Of a stretch of 42,575 nt of DNA, positions 1 to 8,418 are shown piece after piece. The stretch covers positions 1 through 42,575 of the forward strand of contig JBHLOI010000031.1 of assembly GCA_048940645.1 (NCBI GenBank), read 5' to 3'. The translations under genes and the position numbers were made by a program. Below the pieces are notes generated by a model. It made no database searches, was not told the DNA's origin, and saw only the letters and a program-made list of their open reading frames with translations. Source of the stretch: Promethearchaeota archaeon (lineage in GTDB: Archaea; Asgardarchaeota; Lokiarchaeia; Sigyniarchaeales; SOKP01). How positions within the stretch are numbered: position 1 is the first letter of the stretch; each line of letters opens with the position of its first letter.

Positions 1-177
1 TATAAAGCCTTAAAACAACAATTAGATTTTAATGACGCTGGCATCTCAATTGTTGAACAAGATCCTTCCATTTTAAAAGTTGTTACTGGTAAGAAAATAA
101 TTTTAAAAGTACTTAGAAAAGGGTTTGAATTAACAAAGGAAAAATTACTTGAAGAATTAGATATTATTTTTAATTAA
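1..177 (+). CDS. 3' end of an unidentified protein (partial, runs off the left edge)
   Basis: Frame 1 is open from base 1 (YKALKQQLDFNDAGISIVEQDPSILKVVTGKK...EELDIIFN) to TAA at 175-177. Confidence 0.6.
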   Translation, partial: YKALKQQLDFNDAGISIVEQDPSILKVVTGKKIILKVLRKGFELTKEKLLEELDIIFN

Positions 178-221
178 TTTGGTTTTTATATTAAAATTAA
201 AATACAAATTCTGGTTTTATT

Positions 222-1790
222 TTGAAAGAAAGAATCATAATGAAGGCAAGTGATATTACAGAGCACAGCAATATTAAGAGAATGATTTTTGTTAACATTC
301 TTATTGAAATCTTTATTATTATGTGTTATTTTTCCATATCAGAGCTTTTTGGTTCTATTTCTAGTTTTTATATTCTTAATAATGAATTTACAGTGACATT
401 TGGAACAAGTTTATTGCTGTTTACTTTTTTTTCTGTATTAGCAGGACCAATTCACGGATTTGTCTCTGGCTTTTTTGGTGAATTTCTGTATCAATTATCT
501 TTTTATTCGTCAATCCAATTAAATTGGATAATTATTATAGCGCTCTATGGGTTAATGTGTGGTTATTATAAATATAAACCATTAAAATATCAAAATCCCA
601 CTAAATTATTCTTTACTATTGTTATTCTAGCAATCTCATCGATAATTGTATTTGTATTAATAATTTTATCACAACTTATTTCAGATCCAGGAGCATACAA
701 TCTTAATATGATACTAATTAATTATGGAGCGAAATTTTTAGTTCAATCATTTATTTCTGTTGTTGTTTTGGTTCCTTTATTATTATTCATTTATGATAAA
801 TTTTTAGGTTTTCAAGAACGCCATATTTATCATTTATTTTTAACTCATCATCCACTATCTGCGAGTGATCATACTTTTTATTTACAATTTGGAAGAACTA
901 AAATATACTTTTGTTCGAGATGCTCGGGTATAATTCTTGGGGGAACAATTTCTATTTTTCTTACCCATTTAATTGATTTAATATTTAACTTTCGTTTAAG
1001 TCCTGAAATTGCATTAATAGGAATAATTTGTGTTCCAATCCCGGGATTGATAGATTGGGGTACTCAAAGATTATTGTTGAGAAAAAGCACTACAACTTCA
1101 CGATTAATTACAGGATTTATAATAGGTGTTGGACTTCATTTAATTAACTTTACTTACAAATACTATTTTATAACGATAACAATTATAACCATATACTTTT
1201 CGATTCTTTTTTTGTTAATGTATATTGGTCTTAAAAAACAAATGAGGTCATTTCGTGAAGATTTAATTTCGATTTCTGATGAAGAGTATAATATTATTTT
1301 TATTCATGGACTTGAAAGCTCTGGTAAAGGATTTAAGGCTCAATATTTAAAAGAAATGTTTCCAAATATTCTTACTCCAGATTTTATAAAATTTGACCCA
1401 AAAAAGGGCTTAAAATCATTATTATTTGAAAGGATGGCCCAATTAATTACAATATTAGCAGAAAAGAAAAATTGGATAATAATTGGTTCTAGCTATGGAG
1501 GATTAATGGGAGCTTTATATGCTTTACAATATCCAGAGAAAGTAGAACGTTTAATTTTACTAGCTCCATCTTTTGATTTTGATAAATTTGTAAGTATGAA
1601 GTTAAATCCAGTTGATATTCCAGTTGTAGTTTACCATGGGAAAAACGATGATGTAGTTCCTTTGAATAAATCAAGAGAAAGAGCAAAACAATTTTTTAAT
1701 AATCTTGAGTATAATATTGTAGATGATGACCATTATCTTCACTCTACTGTTAAAAATATAAACTGGAAGGAAATCTTACATCTTAATTGA
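222..1790 (+). CDS. Membrane protein (ECF S-component-like + DUF2085-like) fused in frame to a YqiA/YcfP-like alpha/beta hydrolase
   Basis: N-terminal TM helices with GPxxGxxxGxxG (ECF S-component-like); CSRCSG and PxxIDW..Q..R..TG (DUF2085-like); C-terminal IHGLESS, GSSYGG nucleophile elbow, HGKNDDVVP and late His. ATG at 240 is an alternative start. Confidence 0.7.
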   Translation: MKERIIMKASDITEHSNIKRMIFVNILIEIFIIMCYFSISELFGSISSFYILNNEFTVTFGTSLLLFTFFSVLAGPIHGFVSGFFGEFLYQLSFYSSIQLNWIIIIALYGLMCGYYKYKPLKYQNPTKLFFTIVILAISSIIVFVLIILSQLISDPGAYNLNMILINYGAKFLVQSFISVVVLVPLLLFIYDKFLGFQERHIYHLFLTHHPLSASDHTFYLQFGRTKIYFCSRCSGIILGGTISIFLTHLIDLIFNFRLSPEIALIGIICVPIPGLIDWGTQRLLLRKSTTTSRLITGFIIGVGLHLINFTYKYYFITITIITIYFSILFLLMYIGLKKQMRSFREDLISISDEEYNIIFIHGLESSGKGFKAQYLKEMFPNILTPDFIKFDPKKGLKSLLFERMAQLITILAEKKNWIIIGSSYGGLMGALYALQYPEKVERLILLAPSFDFDKFVSMKLNPVDIPVVVYHGKNDDVVPLNKSRERAKQFFNNLEYNIVDDDHYLHSTVKNINWKEILHLN

Positions 1791-1943
1791 TTTAAAATAT
1801 TCCAAGTATACCTTAAAAATTGGACTCCAACTTTTTTTTAATTGATTGATTTTATTGATAATTTAAGAAGTAAAGTTAATACAGCTTTTTTGACAAATGA
1901 AAAAAAATTAATAAAATCATAAATATATAAATGTGAGAATTAA

Positions 1944-3572
1944 ATGGTAAAAGAAAAGTTATATATTTGTCGTGGATGCGGATATGTTTTTCCAAAGGAA
2001 TTATCTGAACTTATTGAAAATAAAGTTCAAGTCTATTGTGAGATGTGTGGTACTCCGTTTTCTTTAGAAGGAATAGAATTCAAACAACAGACTGTGAGAT
2101 ATCTAAAAAAACCTAGTCCTAAATATTCAACATATGTTATAACTGAGGAAAGTAAATCAAAATTAAATAAAGCTATTAAAAAGCTGGATAAATTTGCTTA
2201 TATACCAATACTTATATTCTCTGGTATATCTTTTGGTCTTTTATTTCTAATCTTTTTTTATACAGATAATTGGGTTAATTTTTTAGTAAGTCAATTATCA
2301 CTAGGAATTTATGGATTATTAATTGCTCTTTACGATATTAATTATATTTCAACAAAAATTGAAAATGAGCAATATGATGATATATTGCTGGATGCATTCT
2401 GTTTTGGTATTTTGGGATGCATTATTTACGGAGTAGGAGTCCTACTTTTAATTAAAGGTTTTCTTATCATAATGTATAGGATTTTTAATCCTAAACAGAA
2501 GACTCATAAGGTTTATAATTTTGGTGTGAATTTAAAAAATTCATTAAATGAATTTTCAGCTAAAGCTGGAATTGTTATAGCTTTTATTGTTTTATTTAGA
2601 TTTTCTATAAATGATTTTGATGCAAAATTTATAGTTTTAGGTATAGAATTCGTTTCTCAAAGAATTAGCACATTAGATCAATGGTTAATTTTTACAATAA
2701 TCTCAGTTATATTGGCAGGATTTTGTCTAATTCCAATAATAATCCTCATTATTGATGCAAGAAGAAAGCAAAAGATAAGAGCGAAACTAAAATTATCTTT
2801 TAGTGATGCAATCATTACCTTCATTCTAGGTATAATCGGAACTATTTTTTTCGCTCTTGGAATTTTTATTTTATTAAAAGGAATTCTTATGTTTTTCTTA
2901 GTGGCTGCAAAGCCATCAGATTTTCCTAAATCTGAGGAGATTATAGAAGAGAAAAAGATTGAGTTCCCAGAATATAAAAAAGAAGAACCACCTCAAAAGG
3001 TAATTCCTCCAAAAATCGAGGCTATAACATTAAAAGAAGAACCTGAAGCACCTAAAGAACTACCTGAAAAAATTGTAATTGAAGAAGCCAAAATTGAAGA
3101 AGAGAAAGGGTTTAAACCTGAATTAGAAGAAGAAGTAGAAATTCAAGAAAAACTAGGAGAATCTAAACAAATTTTAAAGAATCAAGAATCAGAAAAAATG
3201 GAATTAAGGCTCCATGATTCATTATTACCAGTTAAAGATGAAAAAGACAAAAAAATTGTTAAAGAGTATTTTTCAAAGATCTTTGCTTTAATATCAAAAG
3301 ATATTAGAAAACAAATAAAGGCGCTTAAAATACCTAATAAAGAAAAAAAAGATATTTTGAAGGAGTTAGCTTTTTTAACTAAAGAAGAACAAGCCAAATA
3401 TATTGGAGCCTTAGCAGAGCTATATAAAGCGCTTCCACGCAAATTAATTGAAAGAATAAGAAAACTTCCTAATGTAGAGCCTCGGTACTATGACAAGATT
3501 ATTGAACAATTAAAATATATGGACGCTGAGGAACAGATTAATTTTATCCAATTTTTAGAAAAAAATGCCTAA
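1944..3572 (+). CDS. Zinc-ribbon multi-pass membrane protein with Glu/Pro-rich linker and C-terminal helical repeat
   Basis: CRGC...CEMC; internally duplicated TM block; low-complexity linker; two C-terminal helical repeats. Confidence 0.7.
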   Translation: MVKEKLYICRGCGYVFPKELSELIENKVQVYCEMCGTPFSLEGIEFKQQTVRYLKKPSPKYSTYVITEESKSKLNKAIKKLDKFAYIPILIFSGISFGLLFLIFFYTDNWVNFLVSQLSLGIYGLLIALYDINYISTKIENEQYDDILLDAFCFGILGCIIYGVGVLLLIKGFLIIMYRIFNPKQKTHKVYNFGVNLKNSLNEFSAKAGIVIAFIVLFRFSINDFDAKFIVLGIEFVSQRISTLDQWLIFTIISVILAGFCLIPIIILIIDARRKQKIRAKLKLSFSDAIITFILGIIGTIFFALGIFILLKGILMFFLVAAKPSDFPKSEEIIEEKKIEFPEYKKEEPPQKVIPPKIEAITLKEEPEAPKELPEKIVIEEAKIEEEKGFKPELEEEVEIQEKLGESKQILKNQESEKMELRLHDSLLPVKDEKDKKIVKEYFSKIFALISKDIRKQIKALKIPNKEKKDILKELAFLTKEEQAKYIGALAELYKALPRKLIERIRKLPNVEPRYYDKIIEQLKYMDAEEQINFIQFLEKNA

Positions 3573-3597
3573 AAAAATAATGTGATATCTGAAAAAA

Positions 3598-4497
3598 ATG
3601 TCGCTTGAACGAAGAAGAGAAACTAAAGGAGCTGTAAAAGAAGAAGTGTTACAAGATAGCAAATTTAGGCGTTTAGATTTTACTCCCTTGGAAAAAAAGA
3701 AAGAAACAAAAGGGAAAAAAAAAGAAATTCAGATTTTTGTTGATGAATTAACAGAAATTGAAGAAGATGTTTTAAAAATTGCACAAGATATTTTAAAATT
3801 AAAAAGGTATGATGCAGATTTTGATTTAGAAGTTGAAACTGAGGCAGAATTACAAAAATACCCAATAATTGAAAAATTATATGCCAAATGTATCGCAAAA
3901 TTAGCATACAAAAAAGGATATAGTAAAGAGGATATTTTCTTAGCTATAAGAGGTTTAGAAGAAAAAAACTGGATTGTTACAAACGAAAGAAGGACAAAAT
4001 TAGAAATTTTAAATAATGAAAAATTAGTCTCAATACTTAACTTTATAAAATTAAATCCTGGTATTCATGCAAGAGATGAAAAGATCGAAAATGAGTTGAA
4101 TATCACGAGAACTCCATTTTTAAAACATATTATGACTTTAGAGAGGTTTAAACTTATACGTTCAAAGAAGCTGGGAAAATCATTACATTACTTTTTAACA
4201 GATGTCCCAGAAAGTTTTGATGAATATAAAGTTATATTTAGCAATCCCCTAATTATTGAAATCTTAGAAGAACTTGTTAAAGATGAGAGTATTGCAATAT
4301 CTAAAATTGGAGAAAATCTAGATGTTTATTCTGGAACCATTCAATATCATATTAAGAAAATGAAAGAGATAGATTTAGTAAAATCAATTAAAAAACAAAA
4401 CAATCAAACCATTCATTTAGTAAATATTGAATTATTAAAGAAATATAATGAAATTTTTAAGGAACCTAACTTCTCTAAATTTTTGGAAGGGTTATAG
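3598..4497 (+). CDS. Winged-helix transcriptional regulator (tandem ArsR-like wHTH)
   Basis: ILNFIKLNPGIH...HIMTLERFKLIRSKK.G..HYF and ISKIGENLDVYSGTIQYHIKKMKEIDLV. Confidence 0.75.
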   Translation: MSLERRRETKGAVKEEVLQDSKFRRLDFTPLEKKKETKGKKKEIQIFVDELTEIEEDVLKIAQDILKLKRYDADFDLEVETEAELQKYPIIEKLYAKCIAKLAYKKGYSKEDIFLAIRGLEEKNWIVTNERRTKLEILNNEKLVSILNFIKLNPGIHARDEKIENELNITRTPFLKHIMTLERFKLIRSKKLGKSLHYFLTDVPESFDEYKVIFSNPLIIEILEELVKDESIAISKIGENLDVYSGTIQYHIKKMKEIDLVKSIKKQNNQTIHLVNIELLKKYNEIFKEPNFSKFLEGL

Positions 4498-4515
4498 GTT
4501 ATAATCAAAGATAAA

Positions 4516-5403
4516 TTAAGTATCAATCAATACTGATTTTATTCTTGGTAAAGATTCAATTACGACTTTTATGGCATCCTCAATCCCTTTCTCCATATTG
4601 GGATGTATCTCATTAGATTTAAGTAAACCATATTGAGCATGTCCAGGCAAATCAGACACTGAAAGAATCGAAACGGTTTTTAAGTTAAAAAGTTCTCCCA
4701 ATAAAAATAAAATTGAAGATTCCATATCAATGGCATTAATATTGGCTGCTTTAATGGCTCTTATGAATTCGTATGTTTCACAGAATAAAGCATCTGTAGT
4801 CCAAAGATTAACTTCTTTAATCTTATTAGTAGTTAATGTTGATAAACCTTCATTTAACAATATTTCTTTTAAAATCTCGTTTGGTTTAGATATAAATACA
4901 GTTTGATTTCCAGTTAGTAAATTATGTAATACAGATAAAGGATTTTTAACAGATTCCAATTTATTTGATAAAGCAGGATATGTACGAATATATTGAGGAG
5001 TAGTTCCATCATCACAATAAGCTGATTTTGGAATGAGTATATTGCCTATATCAATTTCATTAGTTTCGTCCTGAATACCTCCACATAAGTCAATTCTTAT
5101 TATAATTTTTGTTTTACATCGTTTTAAACTTTCTACTATAAGGCTGACATTGGGGCATCCAATTTGAGACTGAATGATACTTACTCTTACTCCATTTAAA
5201 AAACCATTATAAACTCTTCCGTGCACAATTTTATTTTGAAGTTTTTTTATTAATTTTTTCATAACCATTTTTACTGCTGGTAAAATAACTATCTCATTTA
5301 GGTTTGAAGAAGCAGTCTCTAAAATCATTCTAACAATTTTATCATCAATACTTATAAATTTTAATCCAAAATTCAGTAATTCACTTTTGATTTTATTGAG
5401 CAT
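4516..5403 (-). CDS. Nucleoside phosphorylase (PNP/UDP family 1)
   Basis: IGCP, IRIDLCGG, DDGTT, WTTDALFCET, DMES and VSD motifs. Confidence 0.85.
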   Translation of the reverse strand: MLNKIKSELLNFGLKFISIDDKIVRMILETASSNLNEIVILPAVKMVMKKLIKKLQNKIVHGRVYNGFLNGVRVSIIQSQIGCPNVSLIVESLKRCKTKIIIRIDLCGGIQDETNEIDIGNILIPKSAYCDDGTTPQYIRTYPALSNKLESVKNPLSVLHNLLTGNQTVFISKPNEILKEILLNEGLSTLTTNKIKEVNLWTTDALFCETYEFIRAIKAANINAIDMESSILFLLGELFNLKTVSILSVSDLPGHAQYGLLKSNEIHPNMEKGIEDAIKVVIESLPRIKSVLIDT

Positions 5404-5700
5404 TTTCTATACAAAAATTTATATTTTGAATATGAATTAACTTAGATCTTATAATATTTAAAGATAATAAGAATTGTATCAAAATTGCTAAAGAAGATTA
5501 AACTGATTCAGTGGAATTAATCTTAATAAAAACTTCTTATTTGTATTACTAATTTAATCCTATTTATTTATAAATTATAAGTAGTTCCCTAATTACATGA
5601 TTACTTATATTTTTTAAGAACAATTTTTAATATCTTAATAAAATACATTTATCTATAATAGGAAATTAATAAAATAGTTCAAAAGATTTGGTACTTTAAG

Positions 5701-6990
5701 ATGAGAAATCGATTTATCATTGACAATAAGATTACAAATGAATTTGTTGAGACTTACACTAAAACAACATATCGGATCATAGGAAATAACAAACATTCTG
5801 CGATCAAACCATGTCATTGGCTTGAACAGAGATTAATGACAGGAAGAGATAATAGAAATTGCTATAAAGGAGTTTTTGGGGTTAAAAGTCATAGATGTTT
5901 ACAGAATACACCATCTCTACCTTTCTGTAACCATCAATGTGTTTTTTGTTGGAGAGATATTGAAGTAGGAGGGCTTGGAAACGAGTTCATAGTTAAACCA
6001 GACGATCCCAAAGAATTAATTGAAGAAATGATCCGTCATCAACAGGATATTATTAAAAATCACTTACCATTAAGAAGATATCTTGATAATTATGAGATAA
6101 TGATCAATTTGCTTCATTTCATGGTTAAAGCTAATACAGACCAAAATCTAAATTCCCTTTCAAAAATTCTTCAAGTTAGTAAGAATAAAATTGAAAGGGC
6201 TCTAAATCTCCTGAAAAATCAACACTTTATCAAACCAACTGATGAAACATTAAAGAGTTTCAGAATAGATGAAGAAATCTCATGTTGCATAGATTCTCGA
6301 GAAGAAATTGAAACTTTAATTAATAGAGAATTAACTAATCCTGATGATATTATGCAAACGCATAGTGAGGCGATGTATCCAAATCATGCAGCCATATCTC
6401 TTGACGGTGAACCATTACTTTATCCATTGATGAGCGATCTTGTTAGAGAATTCCGAAATAATGGTATGACTTCCTTTATTGTCACTAATGGTACTTTACC
6501 TAAAAAATTAGAACAATTAGATTCATTACCAAGCCAATTATATCTTACTTTGCCAGCACCAGACGAAAAATTATATAAAAAAATTTGCCGTCCAATGATA
6601 AGAAATGGTTGGAATAGGATCATAACAAGTTTAGACCTACTAGAATCATTATCTTGCCGAAGTGTAGTACGATTAACTGCTGTTAAAGAGTTAAATTTGA
6701 ATGAGAATTTAATTAAAGATTATATTAAATTAGTAGAAAAAGCGAACCCAAACTTCTTTGAATTAAAGGGCTTCACACTCCAAGCAAAAGCTTTACTTAT
6801 TAAGAATAGGTTAAAAAGTGAGACACCAATTCAAGACTATTTTCCAGAATATGATTACTTAGAAAAAATTGCTCATAAATTTGAAGTAATGGGTAATTTT
6901 CCATTAATTTATAAGAACAAGTCAAGTAGAGATTTCTTGTTTGCCGTTAATTGGGAAAAAGGTAAAGACCCCATAATTAAAAATCCATAA
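5701..6990 (+). CDS. taw1: 4-demethylwyosine synthase (radical SAM), with internal insertion
   Basis: HSAIKPCHW, CYK...SHRCLQxTP, CNHQCVFCWR (CxxxCxxC), HAAISLDGEPLLYP, FIVTNG, QLYLTL. Confidence 0.92.
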   Translation: MRNRFIIDNKITNEFVETYTKTTYRIIGNNKHSAIKPCHWLEQRLMTGRDNRNCYKGVFGVKSHRCLQNTPSLPFCNHQCVFCWRDIEVGGLGNEFIVKPDDPKELIEEMIRHQQDIIKNHLPLRRYLDNYEIMINLLHFMVKANTDQNLNSLSKILQVSKNKIERALNLLKNQHFIKPTDETLKSFRIDEEISCCIDSREEIETLINRELTNPDDIMQTHSEAMYPNHAAISLDGEPLLYPLMSDLVREFRNNGMTSFIVTNGTLPKKLEQLDSLPSQLYLTLPAPDEKLYKKICRPMIRNGWNRIITSLDLLESLSCRSVVRLTAVKELNLNENLIKDYIKLVEKANPNFFELKGFTLQAKALLIKNRLKSETPIQDYFPEYDYLEKIAHKFEVMGNFPLIYKNKSSRDFLFAVNWEKGKDPIIKNP

Positions 6991-7035
6991 ATTAATATTG
7001 GCAAATAAATGGTTCAATATTAAGAGGTTTTTCTT

Positions 7036-8385
7036 TCACTTTTTTATGAGTGTTTGAGTAAATCTTTTTAAATATTCTATTACAGATATTTCGTTATTAC
7101 TAATCATTTGAAATATTTCTTTAAATTGATCTAAATTATTTCGGAGGATTTCATTAAATTTTTCAGAATCTAGATAATGATAAATTACATTTTTTACATT
7201 CAATTTTTCTTTATCAAACTTAGCTTCTTCTGGTTCAAACAAGTTAACTTCACCCTTGAATTGCTTTATATATGAATATAACTTTTCACAAAAATCATCG
7301 AATTCTTTTTCATTATATTCATGACCAAGCAATCTATCTAAATTATGCTCTCTTAGGTCCCCCCAATTTACATCCTTACCTTTTATTGGAATAATTTGAA
7401 TACTATGTTTGCGTGCTAATTCAAGTTCATGCACACAATCTATTGAATTGAACACGGATTTATTAGACGCAAAAAACAATAAGAGTTGGCATTTTGGAAC
7501 TGTTTCATTCATAAAATCATCAATATTTCCTGTTAAATCTGTTTCACAGTAGAATGCACTATATATTTCCTCTTGGTTCTGCAAAAATTCAGAAATTTCT
7601 TTTATGTGAAAATAATCAAAATCGGCAACAGCATGACTAAGAAATATATTTATACTTGCTTTTTGTTGGCAGAATTTTAATATCGATGGCAGATCTCTAG
7701 TTACTAATTTTTCCCATTCATCTTTCCAAAAGTTATTATCCAAATGAAGAAAGTTTAAATTTTTCAATTTCCATATCGTCCAAGGTAATTCGGATAAATT
7801 GTTATTACCCAATATTAATGATTCAATATCATTAAGTTCACCTATTGATTCAGGAATGCTATTCAATTGATTTGCTTTTAAATTTAACTTTTTAAGAGAG
7901 TTTAAATTACCAATATTATTAGGCAGATTTTTTAAATTATTTTCACTCAAATTTAATTTTTTTAATTTTTTTAAATTTCCAATAGATTCGGGTAATGATT
8001 TTAATTGATTCTGCTCCAATGTAACATTTTTTAGAAATTCTAATTTTCCGATAGATTCAGGAATTGAATTTAATTTATTCATACTTAAATTTAATTTTTT
8101 AAGATTTCTTAATTCCGATATTGATTCAGGGATTGTTTCTAATTTATTATCCGCTAAATTTAGCTTTTGAAGTGATTTAAATTTTAAAATTTGTTCTGGA
8201 AAGTTTGTTAATCCACAATTAAATAACCCAATTCCAATTACCTTACCGTTTTTAACCTCAATACCACATGTATCCATACTAATTTCATAAACTTGGCCAA
8301 AAGTTTTCATAATTATACTTTCTAAATTACAACAAGTCTTGATATCTTCAGAATTTAATCCTAATTTTTCATACTTTTCACTCAT
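7036..8385 (-). CDS. Leucine-rich repeat-TIR domain protein
   Basis: About 7-8 23-aa LRRs (LKKLNLxxNxLxxIPESIGxL); TIR from about aa 247 (IFLSHA...LLLFFAS..S..CVHEL..A...IIPI) with Glu320 at the catalytic position. Confidence 0.88.
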   Translation of the reverse strand: MSEKYEKLGLNSEDIKTCCNLESIIMKTFGQVYEISMDTCGIEVKNGKVIGIGLFNCGLTNFPEQILKFKSLQKLNLADNKLETIPESISELRNLKKLNLSMNKLNSIPESIGKLEFLKNVTLEQNQLKSLPESIGNLKKLKKLNLSENNLKNLPNNIGNLNSLKKLNLKANQLNSIPESIGELNDIESLILGNNNLSELPWTIWKLKNLNFLHLDNNFWKDEWEKLVTRDLPSILKFCQQKASINIFLSHAVADFDYFHIKEISEFLQNQEEIYSAFYCETDLTGNIDDFMNETVPKCQLLLFFASNKSVFNSIDCVHELELARKHSIQIIPIKGKDVNWGDLREHNLDRLLGHEYNEKEFDDFCEKLYSYIKQFKGEVNLFEPEEAKFDKEKLNVKNVIYHYLDSEKFNEILRNNLDQFKEIFQMISNNEISVIEYLKRFTQTLIKK

Positions 8386-8418
8386 TTTTTTATTTCAACC
8401 CTTAATTTAAGAAGGAAA

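Noticed and set aside
6061-6350. Intein as explanation for the Taw1 insertion
   Set aside because: No C/S start with His-Asn end followed by C/S/T, and no LAGLIDADG motifs seen
7740-8220. Periodic ~69-bp DNA repeats that could suggest a CRISPR or tandem array
   Set aside because: They are degenerate coding repeats of the LRRs, with no constant repeat plus unique spacer structure
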